64,000 bases of DNA from Penicillus capitatus (taxonomy: Eukaryota > Plantae > Chlorophyta): contig OZ287697.1 in NCBI GenBank assembly GCA_965649825.1, positions 1,017,635 through 1,081,634 on the forward strand, written 5' to 3'. Below, in pieces: positions 40,996-54,609 of the stretch. Positions within the stretch are counted from its first letter, which is position 1, and each line of letters opens with the position of its first letter. The translations under genes and the position numbers were made by a program. The notes under the pieces were generated by a model. It was not told where the DNA came from. It did not search any database and saw nothing but the letters and a program-made list of their open reading frames with translations.

Positions 40996-41834
40996 GTTTA
41001 ACTTTACAGTTTGATAAATCTGAGACGATGATCCGATACTATAATTCTTGGATTGCACGCCGACGATGGATTCTTACTGACGCACGACCATATAATAGTG
41101 TTTTTTCCGTCCATTGCTCGTTGCGCCTGTCGATTGCGAGTTTGAGTCTATTCGAGATGAACGGTTTATGCACAATTGGGTTAGAAGACATAATACTATC
41201 CACGCTTTTACGACAAGCAAAACAAGGTCGACGAGGTCAGAGATCAAACAGCAAACCCATCTTAAATGAATGGAACATGGGACCGATTAAGTTTCTCTCT
41301 AGATCTGGGCCGACTTGTAAAATGTTTGTCGAACGAGAAAACGGTGTGCTCTAGGAGTGCAAGACGAGGTGAACTGTCCATTGCTTTTGCAGAAGACAGA
41401 CACCCAATGGCCTAAACATAGCTTTGTTCGGCGTCTCGAGGGCAAAGAAAACTGCGGTCGGTGAAAGGAAGCCGCAGAAGGCGGCGATAACAATGCGCAG
41501 TTGCAATGAACCTTTGCTAAACACTTGTCATTCAACAAGGCTTTTCGAAAATCGTCTCATTGGATCGTCATTAACTCGCTAAACACGCGACACCTTACGG
41601 CTTCTGCGCCGTACTTGTCGTCCCAAACGCCAGACAGACTCAAAAGGACGGTGTTGTCTCTGTGTTGTGCGTCGCCTTTCGTCATCGTCTCAGTTCCATT
41701 CGACGCTACTTCAAAGAGGCCGACTGACTGACTATCAGTTGTGGTGTTGTGTGAGCGAGTCTCTTACCAACAGCCGCCATTCACTCTAGCGCCGCCTTTT
41801 TGGACTGTCGTGGGTTTTCATTTACGAGTGAGCC

Positions 41835-43009
41835 ATGCGATTAAGCCGTTTTAGTCTCTCCGTGTTGTGCGTGTCTCTGCTGGCCGGCATAAGTTCGGCT
41901 TGCGACAACAGGGCTCTGCAAGGCATGCACGAATTGGAATCTTTCTTTAAGGGCGATGTTCTTTCCGTCAATGAAAAATAGCAGCCGGCAGAGTGTGCTG
42001 AGCCGCCGAAACTCGCGATTTTCGACAGACACTCAATCGGGGACATTGTACGTGTTCTCGGCGTCAAGTCGGAAAGCCCTCTGTGCTGCGTGTCGAGCAA
42101 ACCGGGACGCGTGGACTGTTTCATCCGCGGAGCCTGGTCGAACGTCCTGCACATAAGTGCAGAAAACGGAGAGTACAGTGACTGGAAGGACCTTGGAGCC
42201 TGGATTACTGGAGACATAGAGTGTGTTAGCAGAAAACAAGGCTCTATCGACATATTGACCACAAATGCACTTAACGACTATACGATCAGACAGTATAATA
42301 ACGGCAAGTGGAGTGAATGGCGAGACGGAGGCAACACTCTGATGGAACCGCCATCCTGCATCGCTCGAACGGCATCCGATGTCGACTGCGTCGTTCAGCA
42401 TGCAAACACCAAAACGTTTCACTTTTCCGCTAACGACGGAATTGTTGCACTCAAACTTCAGGAAGATCTTGGTCGCACCATACGTAAACGGCCGACCTAC
42501 GGATCGTTTGATAGAAACTCGACCACGTTCTTTGCCGTGTCGAGCAATAACAATCAGTTAATGGGGCGAACTCGGACGATAATAGGTCAAAGTCCGTCTG
42601 GGGGATTGGTCCGATCTCGAACTGTGGACAAGGGAAAGACCGAGTGTCACATCATGGCCTGGCGAACGACTGGACCTCTTTGCGTTCGACATGCAAAACG
42701 CGATTGTGCACAAGTCGTTCAATGGCGGCGTCTGGAGTGCATGGTTCAATCTGGGAGGCGATTTTGAATTCGCTCCCTAATGTTTCTCCACTGGACCATC
42801 CACAGTGCACTGTTTTGATATCGGTCGAGATTTGTTTCTCTACGGGAAACACTTTGAGAGGAGGGAAATGGAGCGGATGGAATCGATTCGTACTCGACAT
42901 GCGCTTTTATGAAAAGCCGTCCTGTGTCATCCTTACAAAGAACAAGATTTGGTGTTACTTGGTCACAGACGATAGACAGGTCGTAGAGATTATCCATACC
43001 TTCGTCTAG
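41835..43009 (+). pseudogene. Beta-propeller lectin-like pseudogene, copy 5
   Basis: Signal peptide MRLSRFSLSVLCVSLLAG; in-frame TAG at 41979; in-frame TAA at 42778 replacing the conserved Glu of A/N-P-E-C; frameshifts near 42600 and 42855. Confidence 0.8.
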
Positions 43010-43749
43010 GCAACTTGCGTCTCTTGCATGAACACAAAAATTGGATGGAACTTCAAGATCAGTGGGTGGTTGGTTCATCTGCGTTTGAGAGCGCAGCGTT
43101 CCAGTCTCGACCGTGCGGTCACTCAGCGAGTGACTTTTTTTAAGAAAGACGGCGGTAGCGGTGTTCCATGTTCCATTCTCCTTTACAGCAGGAACTCGGC
43201 GCATTGTGTCGGTGTATCGGAAAAACACGTCGCATTGCAGTGCGGTATGGCAATCCATCCACGCGTCATGGTTCTTCACACAAGACCTGTCAAATCAGAA
43301 CCTTTCGGCAAGTCGATATCTAGGGAAACAAGAAGCACAATTGAGCCTCGCTCGGTAAGCGCTTCAGATTCTATTCAGAAGTAGACGCCGTGTCACAAAT
43401 CCCACACTCATCTAAGGCTCAACGACCGCAGACCACTAGATTTCACACATAAGCATTCAGAAGCAGTAATGCGAAATGCAATAGTCCAATCAACAAGACA
43501 ATGATGATTGATCCCTTAGTCTTACGGAGTATCTGTCTAGAATGTTTTTGACAGTAAGCAATCAAATGCAAACGACACTGATGTACAATCGGCACCTCTC
43601 ATTGAATCTGTCGAGCAGAGGTGCATCATCGAAAGCTACTTGTCTCCGCCAGCCAAAATGATCTGCAACGCAGTCTACACATTCAAACGTAGCTAGACGG
43701 CCTGCCGATAGCTTGCGCGATCCTCACAGAATACCTACTTGTCTAGAGC

Positions 43750-45850
43750 TTTCTTTGACATCGATGACTTTCGGTCAAATCGCATGCTTCATTGTAGACG
43801 CAAAGATGGATATTGAAAACACGAAAATGCAGTCCATAAATCCTTCGCAGGTAGAATGAAGTTTGTTTCGCGAAGGTTTGATTGGTAATGATTTGCTGGA
43901 GAAAAGACGAGCTATTGCAAAATAACATGGATTTACAGAATGTCCAATAACGGACAAGATGAAGTACACAATGTGTCAGCGGAAGGCTTCACTGATCTAC
44001 AGAGCAAAGGTGTCTACAAGGCCACGTCTACGGATTTATATGCTAATAGTGACAGGACAGGTGAGTACCAGCCTCTCAGAGCCATAGGAAAAGGACTCTG
44101 AGGTGACGTTTACCCCGAATGAGCGCCCCTTCGGAGACAGAACCCTTAGAAACCGAGGCAGTCACGATGTGACTTGCTACAGTCATTCTAACACAATGCA
44201 GAATCTAGTCCTAGTGTTAAGATGGAAAATTTAGAAGTGGATATTATCGTGGACATTATCAGTATTACCGATTTTCTTGTAATCGTTTAACTTTGGCGAT
44301 TGATAGCGCGTTCTTAATGGCGTTCCAACACTTGTTTGGTAAAGCATATCCTAAATGAGCGTCACACGATGAAACAGGATCTGTTCGGTCCTGTGGCGCT
44401 CATCTGGCTTATAGACAGCCAGACAAAAATTAGGGTGCCCCCGAAACCGGTGTCGGTTTCGAGGAACCTGAGTAAGGAAAGGGGGTCAAAAATTGACGGG
44501 TGATGGCCACCACCACAAGAAGTCTGTCGGAACAGCCCATCGGCCGCGATTCAGCGGATCTGCGAGTCCGAGGTGCGAGACAGAGGAAAGAATGAAAGGA
44601 GGACACTACCGGACCCGCCGGAGGAGATCCGTCATTGGACGAATCACATAAAGAAAAACAAAAGGCGAGGCAGAGGGCTTACTGTTCGGCGTCCTGAGGA
44701 CGCTCTTAGAAGCCGTGTCCGTTATTTCGAAGGGAAAACGCCGGACCGCGGCTTCGTGTCTCCTGTGTGGGTGATTCCACGTCTTCTACTCTCGAACCCG
44801 CGTCCCGCAGTGTCGCGTCATTGGACTGTGCGACCCTCAACACCTCCAGAGATGGTTGTTCTCGCGTCACATCCCGTCCGCTCAGAAACCTGCAACATCC
44901 ACGTGTCAACATGAATGCAGTCAGACCTGCTAGCCTGCTATTGTATTACCTGTCTGGGCTTACCTGTCGACTGTTGATCCTTGTTCGATGACGGCCATTT
45001 GGCCACTGCATCTCACCATCGGGTTCCCTGCAAGGCACCTAATACTGTCATCAAGGCAGAAGTGACCTTACCTTTAGAAGGGATGACTCTGATGCTTGAG
45101 GTGATCCTTCCCAATCGTCGTCCTTCTACACGTACCTGTCAATCACACGCAAGTGACTAGAGCCTTCAGGAAATGTGTCGAACTTTGTCGGAGGTGACTC
45201 GAGGGCCTTGGCGTCTTTTGTCGCTTTCCCCCTGCCCACTGTCTCAAGGTCCCCTAACGCTTCCAAAATAAGTCCAAGTGCTGTCTATACCATAGCTTGG
45301 CGGTTACCTTTGGAAGTCGTAGCCTTCGGCTTCGGCGGGTCTTTCCTTAGCTCTTGGCTCTCTCTCCCGCTGTCGACTTCTCTATACGCGTCCGGAGTGA
45401 CCTGTTGTTTGCAGTCGGCATCGCAGTTGATAAGTGCGCTAGGAGCAAGGACGGCTGAACCTTCAAATCGTCAGAGGCTTCGCCGAACCTGGTCTGTGTC
45501 CGTCGCACACCTGCGCAAGAAACTTGTGACAACAAAGACCCCCAGTTGGCAATGCGTCGGCGCGACGGACGGACCGCACCTGAACCAAGTCCATCGTCGG
45601 GAGTGTTCAAGTATGTACTCCGAAAACATGCACACAAACGGAAAAACAGAAAATGCGAAAACGGGAAAGGCGTTCGCGTTTTATAAGTTGAGGAGGTGAC
45701 ATCCAGAACAAATTCGACCTCGGTCCGCCAATCAGAACGCGCCATTTCCTCCAAGATAGTCTGACGTCAGCCAAAAACGAGTCAAGCGTCACTTCACTCG
45801 GCAGGTATAACCCACACACAACATTGCGCGCTACCCACCCAGTTCTCCGT
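43750..45850. mobile_element. Degenerate repeat element copy A (probable transposon relic, class unknown)
   Basis: Direct-orientation similarity blocks to 52870-54215: ctttgacatcgatga, gatgaagtacacaatg, 44345-44522 vs 53365-53541, and 45540-45810 vs 53875-54140. Many stops. No recognisable transposase/RT motif. Confidence 0.55.
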
Positions 45851-47357
45851 CACACCCACATTGCCCTCGGGTCTCCAGTTTCCCATTTCCGTTGTGTGTG
45901 GGTGTATGTATGCATTCTCCAAAGGCGGATATTGCTGCTTCGTCATTTCTTTCTTTTTCATCCTCTTCTTCTCTTTGACGAAGCCGGAGAACCAGTTTCC
46001 GTCTTCCACACGAAGAGTATCGTTTTGCCTTACGGTCTGTTTACCAGGCGAGCACTGCCTAATGCAGCAAGTTCTGTTCGATGCTTTTAACTCATTTGGA
46101 GTAACAAGGTGAAACCAATGAAAGAGCATCAGTTTTCTTCCTGTTGATAGCGGAACAACACGCACCCACTTCTCTTACAAAGAGGCACATTCATTCTTTT
46201 CAGAGAATCTTTCCAGGTACCATAGCAGAAAGTTGTCGCACCACTCGCGACAGGCGGGGAAGTAACTGTTACTCGAGTACAAGGGCTCTATTGTGTCCAA
46301 CGACATCCCATCTGCTGTTTCTGTTATGATTTGACAGCTAAACAGCGATCCGCACGCAAAAACCCTTATGCCTTAGACAAAGATGATTCCTTAGACACTT
46401 CACCTTGCTTCTTTAGTACGCCTGTGAAATATCGGAGCAAGAAGATGTCGCTTCACATTCCAGCTCCTCGCTCTGCAAACAGGATGGCATTGTCCATCGC
46501 ATCATCCTCTGCGATACCCGCGAACTCGAAGACTCCTAGAATCTCGAAGAGTGAACAGGAGGCGAATGATACTCGCGTTCCCGAAGCACTGAAGTCAGAG
46601 TGCGAATCGCAATGCAAAACGGTATTCTCGATTCCAATTGTTTTACGATTGTGAAATCTCCGAGAGAACACAAAAGTGGCTAATTGCCCTACGGCAGTCC
46701 TACATGTCTATCTGTGTATTCGAAGTGACCTTTCTGTATTACAGGAACGACTGTATTCGTCAGACTCTATCTGTTCTGCTTTATGTGCCACTTCTGACTT
46801 GGAGTGGACATGGTTAGGTGTAAGGAGGGATAAACGGTTGCGAGCAGTCAGTCTGTTGTGTATTGGAGTTTCGACGTAATGGTACAGGAGGGAACCTTGG
46901 GACTCGGAGATATCCTCCATTGCTTCGCGTTGGCAGTAAAGTAGACAATATCTTGTGTTGCATCCACGTACCGGTGCGTTTGGCTCATTCATTCGACCAA
47001 GGTTTAGCACCGTTCGATGTTCATCGTTATACGAATCCGGGTCGGATGGCCAATCATTGAGGCCGCGGAGTCGGAGGTCTGCCTGAAGTCGACATGCGCG
47101 TGTCGTCCTTTAGCCAATGAGCGGTTAATAGCGGGACGCATTGATGCGCCACGTTCTTTTTCCATTTCCTCTCTTCGCGTTGAACTCCCCTCCCCGAACG
47201 CTTTCCGTGTCGCGGCCAAGACATGTGTCCGTTTCGCCGACATCGACGCAGTGCCTCAAGAAACGTGGACAGTCTCCATGCGACCCGAGCAATACATGTC
47301 CCCACCGTCCGCGCCTCCCTGACGGAACACTTCTTTTTGGGCAACGGCGTCGTCCAA

Positions 47358-50300
47358 ATGCGCATCGCTAATGAGTATCGACGTGCTTTGGCCGCGCTCT
47401 TGGTCTTCCTCTTCATTTCAACGGTTCGCTGTCAAGCACCAGAATCAGGTAATACAAGGCAGTCCGTGGTTAAGAAACCTCGCTCGCTTTTCACAAACGT
47501 TGACGCTTCCCAGTAAACGACGCATATACTTCGCTTTTGTTTGCATTCCCTGCCGTACGCGTTCGGAATCGCGTTTTCTCGTACGGATGAGACAGTTGGT
47601 CATGGCGATGCGTAGGGAGTCGCTGCCTGCTTTCTGATGAAGAGAAGGTCAGCATCAAAGACAGTGAAACGTGGCGCATTACGAGCCGCGTCTATCAAGA
47701 CTATGGCATCCAGAGAATCGTCGACTGCGCCGAGGAAGGAGACGTCATCTCCTTTGACTCTGCGCTAAGAATCCGGCCGTACCAACGCATCGTCATTCGC
47801 CGTAACGTCACGGTCGACGGTAGCCTGTCGCTCGAAGCAGACCGTCCGCCAGACAGGACCGTCTTCACATGTCCTCATGGAGAGGGTCTTTTCCTTATCA
47901 GGCAAGCATCTGGTGCCGTCTACGAACTGATCAAATGGCGCTGTGTCGTCAGGGACTGCAGTTTCACTCTCAGGAATGTTGCCATCCGAGACTGTCGCCT
48001 GACGAAATGGCATGAAGTGGCAGGCATCATTGAAACGGATGAATGCATGCGTCTGTCTACTGCTGACTACAAGGTTGTGTTATCTGACGTCGCGTTCGAG
48101 CGCAACGAGAACCTGGGAGGGTCCGTGGGTCTCTTCGTCCGAGATCCTTCCTGTCAGCGCGTCACCGAATTCAAGAACGTCGCATTCGAAAGTAATTGGT
48201 ACAGAGATGCGTCGCGTTTGTCGACCAAGAATGCGTTAAACAATGTCCATGTCCTCGAAAACGAAAACGCCGAGGGCAGTGGAAAGACTTCTTTCTTTCA
48301 TTTCCCACAAAATTCCTCTTCTATTGTGATGAAAATGGTCGCGGAGAAGAATAAGAATGCACACGTGATGAGTGTGACCCATGGGCAATTAGTCATTCTT
48401 AGTTCGGTTTTTGCAAGGAATGTCGGGCACGGTAACGAAATCGTGCGCGTTTTTTCATCGTCAGTGACCTTAGAAAACTCCCGCTTTCTCAATAACACGT
48501 GCACGTGCGACGGAGTGGCCGTCGCTGCTGACCACGTCTCCGAGGCCAAGTTCCTTTCTTGCGATTTCTCGGGGAACGTGGCGAATGGTTACGAAGGCGG
48601 GGCGATTTACGTCGTCCAGCCGCTCAAGATATCGTTTACGTTTTGCAACTTCACAGAAAACGTCGTGGAAGGCTCTGGCGGAGGGACGGTTGTCGTAGCT
48701 GGGTCCGTTTCCCATCCAACCAGAGATATCCGTGAAACGACGGAAAGCGTCGAATTCAGTCATTGTAGATTCGTAGGAAACATAGCTAGTTATGTGACGT
48801 GTGTCCATTTCCGTCAGTTGCGTAGTCAGATGATTTTATTTGATTCCTGCCTCGTGCAAAACAACGCTGCGCCACGAGTGCATGGCAATCTCGCTGATTT
48901 CTCTTTCAGTGCCATAACACTGCATGAAAGCTACGTCGAAGACTTCGCAACGAAGAACTGCAGATTCGAGGCGAACAGCCTTGCCAGAAGTGTGATGTGG
49001 TTCTCTGGAGCAACGGGTGCCATTCGAATTTTCAACAGTTCTTTCTTGGACAACAGTGCTCCGCACGAATGGGGAGGAACGGCACTGTATTTCTTGAGCG
49101 ATGAAGTCGACGGAGGTATTCCGGAAAGAAATGACCAACAAAACGAGACAAGATTCATCATCCAAGGCTCACTGTTTGAGAGAAACGACGGCGGGTACAA
49201 TGGGGCAGCTGTGGATGTGACCGGAGAGCGCGTACAAGTCGAGATGCTGGACAGCAGGTTTCTCAACAACACTGGCGATCTGGGGGCGGCCGTTTCGGTG
49301 CGAAACACTGCCTCCTTATACGTCCGTCACTGCACATTCAGAGATAACACTGTCGCGAAGGGCAACGGAGGAGCGATGCGCATCGAAAAGACGCGTGCAG
49401 TTATCTGGAACAGCACCTTCGTTAGGAACAAGAGTGCCTATGGTGGTGCTATCGAATCCGCCACTGGCGTTCGGGTGTCTCACTCGAAGTTCTCCGCCAA
49501 TGAGGCGAGACTCGGAGGCGGAGCGCTGAATGTCCACTGCGAAGAGAAGGCGGAGCACGCCGAACGCTGCGCCGTTTGGATCAGGAGCAGCGAGTTTGAC
49601 GGAAATCAGGCTGGACAATCGGGAGGCGGTCTGCGCGTCTCTCGAAACTACAGGCTGCGCGTCGATGGCTGCAGATTTCGCGGAAACAATGCGACATTCG
49701 GCGGTGGCCTCTCGTTCTTCCGCGCTGTACAGCGCGGAGTGTGGTCGATTGGAAACACGACCTTCTCTGAAAACAATGCGTCGACCGGCGGTAAGGGCAT
49801 ACCGTTTAGACGACTGAGTGAGAATTTGCGCTTGCAGGAGCGATGTTCGTGGCCGATGGTCTGATCCCAGGAGGAGCACCGACAGAAGACGGCGCGCCGT
49901 CATTGGAATCCACTGACGGGGACTTCGCGCTCACGGATCGTACGCGGCCAACACTCTTCCTCGACAACTCCGTCGTGTCAAACAACACCGCGTGGATATC
50001 CGGAGGTGGTCTGTATGTCGAGAACGTTCCGTTCTTGCAGGTCGACGGAGCGACTATGGAAGCTCCGGGTACAAAGCTCGACTGTCGAGGCGAGGAACGA
50101 CCATCGCCGCATGGACAGTTCCGACAGAGCTTCTTTGACAACACCATCGCCGGAAGATACGAAGAAAACGTGGCCAGCGTCTCGACAGGCTTCTGCGTCA
50201 CGCTTTTCGCGAAAGGCCAGAAGATCGGGGCGATCGCAGAGGGAGAGAAGTACACACTGAGGCGCTGGAAAAGCGGCGACCGTTTTCCGACCCTGCACGT

Positions 50301-52414
50301 CGTGATGTACGATCCGTTCGGCAACAACTTCTCGAGGACGAGAAGCGATCGAACATACGCGAAGACAAGTGGCGAGCGACCGGAGGCAGTCTACGAGCGA
50401 GACGTGAACGCCGTGCTGTCTTCGAAGATCGCAGAGGGCTACAGAGATCCTTTCATTCACAACAGGGTCTACCAGAGCATCACGACCGGCAGTGGAAATA
50501 TAAGCCTCGGCAATCCCTACGCTCGACCAGGAGATTACCAGATGCGGCTTCGCGTCGAAGGATTCGACAAAGTCCCTGTCACGATCGAAGTGCAAGTGCG
50601 GGGCTGCACGATCAACGAGGAATCCGCCCAGGACGATCATTTCTGCAAGTCGTGCAATTCGAACCAGTACAACTTCCGCAACGACAGATGGAATGACGCA
50701 TGTCTCCCGTGCCCCGAGAATGCAAACTGCGCCACTCGCTTCACTCTGCCTCGGGCAGGGTACTGGAATTCGTTTCCCTGCTCTCCTCACATGGACAGAT
50801 GCATCTACAAGGAAGCTTGCGAGATGAAAGAGGTGGACGCTGTGGAGAACCGTTTGGATGCGGAGAGACCCTGCGAACAGAGCAACGATTCTGTAGAGCA
50901 GTACCAGTCAAGTCAGTGCGCCGAGGAGTATACAGGCGTGCTGTGTGGATCGTGCAAGGAAACGGCCGGACGCTTGTCTGCCTTCTCCTGCGCGACGTGC
51001 ATCTCCAGGAAGATTGCCGCGATCGCACTGATCGGAATTGAGGCAGTGCAGCTGCTGCTCGTCCTTCTATCTGTCAGGGAGACTCTGGGAGCTGGGACCG
51101 GACACACGGATGGCAGATCGCCCTTTTGGAAGACCACACGCACGGCCAGACGCGCATCGGATCTTCAAGCAAGGCACGACTACTCTGCACCAAACTCTTC
51201 GGAATCGGGAGCTGAGATGCTGGTGAGCGTCGACTCGGCATTCATCGGGACATTCGACTCGAGATCGTACGAGGAGCGAGCAGCCAGACGGCGTTTTCTG
51301 GGAACTCTTAAGGTACGCGATGCTCTTTCTCCTTGTGGCGACGCTGAGAATTCTCCCAGATCGCCATCAACTTTTTGCAGACTGTGTCCATCGCGGCATC
51401 TATGGACGTGTCGTGGAGCGTGCCGGCTTTCATTCTGTTCGAGACATGGGGTGCGTCTATGCATCAGAGAGATACCATCTAAGCTGCATGTACTGTGCAG
51501 ATTCGATGGGGAGTGCGATCACCATCGGCGCACCATTCGTGCTGGACTGCCTTCTGCCGATCGGAACCCAAATCCCACGAACCATCCTGCGCCAGATGAT
51601 CATCGTGTTGCTCCCTCAGATGATGGCTCTCTGCATTTCCGCACTCGCCTTCCTCAAAGAGCTGTGTTCTGAGAAGGACTGGGGAAGACTGCTGAGAAGA
51701 ATCATCCTCGTCTACATCGTGGTGACCTACAACGCATACCCCTCCCTGGTGAAGGTGGCAGTTGATGCCTTCAACTGTGTGCACGTCCACGACGGGGCGG
51801 ATGTCGAAGCGGCAGCCACGACACAGCTCTACTGGGCATCCGACACTTCTGTCCAGTGCTACAGCGACAGTCATCAGGCCATTGTCTTCGCTGTGTCCAT
51901 CCCTCTGGCGCTGTTCCTCGTGACATTCCCGGCTCTACTGGCTGCGTTCTTGGCCGTCAGTGCTCAGAGAGGAAACCTGTCCTCCGCGTGGACTCAGGAG
52001 ACGATGGGCTTTCTCTTCGTCGTCTTCGAAGACAAGTACGTCTGCTGGGACTGTCTGATCTTTCTGAGAAAGGCATGTCTCTCTGTCATCGTCGTCTTTT
52101 CGTACAGTCTCGGCGGCAATTTGCAAGGGCTCCTCTGTATGACATGTCTTGTCATTGCACTCTTTCTGCAGATGCATTGCAACCCGTTCAAGAGGGAACT
52201 GCGTGGACTGAATTCTCTGGAAGGTGTGTCGCTGGTCGTGAGTTTCTTGACGTTTCTCTGCGGTGTGGTGCTGAACGACGGAAGGCTGACAAGCGGCGTG
52301 TCGAAAGGAATCGTAACGGTGTTGCTGTTCTGTAGTAACATTGGACTTTTTGCCTTTCTCTTTATCACTCTATGCCGACTCAAGTTTGCCAGAACCACCA
52401 GCAGAGAGCGCTAA
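47358..52414 (+). CDS. Large multi-exon membrane protein: signal peptide, beta-helix GGAI repeats, Cys-rich region, multi-TM TRP-like C-terminus (paralogue 2)
   Basis: MRIANEYRRALAALLVFLFISTVRC; QRIVDC..FTCP..EGLFLIR shared with paralogue 1; ORFs 48017-49864, 49843-51672 (CKSCNSNQYNF..CLPCPENANC, LCGSC) and 51320-52414 (CWDCLIFLRK). GC-AG intron 47902-47952. Confidence 0.85.
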
Positions 52415-52869
52415 GACGCCACAGCTTTCCGCTCTTGCCCACTTCGTAAAGAAAACAAGATCGACCGGTTTAGCATTGAAACAAGTGTCACAAGCAGTAA
52501 GCTTATCTTTGTATCTAAGCAGTACAGTCGCTTAGCTTTCCTATCTCAGATCAATTGGTCTACTTTACGTCTATTCGTTGTAAACTTTACCATCTGAAAA
52601 GAAAGACGATTTATCGCTGTTAAACTTGGATGCGTGCAGAGAATTCTGTAATCCAAATATCTTTCTTAGAGTTCGTCGCATTCGAGCTCGTCGCCGGTCA
52701 AGCAAAGGGTGACGGTGCCGGTTGAAGACCGCATGGCATCGTTGCAGCTTTTCTACACTCTTGTGCAGGCATAAGCCGATGGGTCACTCGCTGTTGTGTT
52801 GAGGGAAACTCTACCTGGTCGATGGAGCGCTACATGGAGCGACAAGGAACTGTTCTTTATTGAGTTCAG

Positions 52870-54215
52870 ATCTTTGACATCGATGAGAAAACGGCAGGTG
52901 CTAGACGATCGTCGTCTGTGTACAAAGACGTGACAGAGGCATCGAGAAAACGTACTAAGACGAAGAACGGCTTACGTATGCTGAATTTCCCAACAACCCT
53001 CTTGAAAGTTCTCGTTTCATGACATCGACTCCATCGAGTGTGATTGTCGAAAAACACATAGTGCGCAGGACAGAACACTCTACAGAAATGATAGTACGAC
53101 AACTTAGTTCGATGCAATAACCGATACTTACTCAAGGAATGCTCTCTAAGGCGGGAAGCTGTCGTACACGATGATGCTACAAGACAAGAAAGATAGTTTG
53201 TATCCGGCAAATGTTTCGCGCGCGTTGTTTCTCCAAGAGTAAAGACTGATTTGCCAAAAGGACCGGGAGCGGTATGAGATAGATGTCTTATATGGACAAT
53301 CGGTTTGTTAATCAACGGACTAGATGAAGTACACAATGCAGAAAATAGTTGTTGTCTGGCAGAGTATATCCCAGATGGGCGTCACACGATAGAACAGGAT
53401 CTGTTCGGTCGTGTGGCGCCTATCTGGCTTATAGACCGCCAGACAAAAATTAGGGTGCCCAAGAAACCGAAACGGTTTCGAGGGACCTGGGTAAGGAAAT
53501 GGGGTCAAAAATTGTCGGGTGGTGGCCACCACCATAAGAAGTTCGTAGGGACCTCCAGAGTTGGTTTCTTCACGTCCGTCATCTCGGTCCACTTGGAAAC
53601 CTACGTCGACAAGGACGCCGCGTTGACACAGCGTCGGCGCGACAGACGGGCCACCCTTGAACAAGTCCGTCGTCGGCGTCTTCGAGGGGGGACTTCGTCC
53701 GCATCCGTCTCCTTGCCACACCTGCACAAGAAACCTGCGTCGTGAAGGACGCCGCGTTGGCACGGCATTGGCACAGAAGACGGACCGCACCTGAACAAGT
53801 CCGTCGTCGGAGTCTTCGGTGAACTTTGTCCGCATCCGTCTCATATTTGCGCAGGATACCTAGGTCGACAAAGAACCCCAGTTGGCACGGGGTCTGCGCC
53901 ATAGACGGACGCCACCTGAACAAGCCTGTCGTCGGGAGTGTTCAAGTACGCACTCCGAAAACCTGCAGCACGCAAACGGAAAGACAGAAAAGGCGAAAAC
54001 GGGAATGGCGTTCGCGTTTTGTAGTCGACGAAGTGACAGCCGGAACAAATTCGACAACGGTCCACCAATCAGAGCGCTCCATTTCCTCTACGATAGTCTG
54101 ACGTCAGCCAAAAACGAGTCAAACGTCATTTCAATCGGCAGGCACAACCTACAACATCGGCGAGCCAAAGGTCACTTCACTTGGCAGACAACGTACAACA
54201 TCGCGACCCAGTTCA
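52870..54215. mobile_element. Degenerate repeat element copy B with internal tandem subrepeats of about 130 bp
   Basis: Matches copy A blocks. Subrepeat units start at about 53611, 53745 and 53874 (aaggacgccgcgttg..ctgaacaagtccgtcgtcgg). Confidence 0.6.
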
Positions 54216-54609
54216 CCGCTACGCTTCCCTACTTCTCCTTCCATCGTTGGGGATTTGCTCCCTATGAGGCCAATAATTGTATTTGTCACTTAAACACGAA
54301 TGTAGACGCCGAGTGAGTTCCACCTGAGAAAAACCTTCCTGTGTTAAAGACAGAAGTGCAAAAAACACGGAAACAAGATAGGTTCTCCCTCCCGATCCGT
54401 GAAACAGATGTCCATGTCCGACAGCCAACTCAATCTTCATACAAAACGCAGTTCATTGAATTTCCCAGTGCGTTCACTGTTTTCATGTCGACATCTTCAA
54501 TCCCATCGAATAGGTAACACCAACTGACAACAGATACATGACAGATGAGATTCATGTTCAAGAATACAGCTAATGCGGGCGAAGGGTTTCATAAAAGAGT
54601 CCGCCTCTT

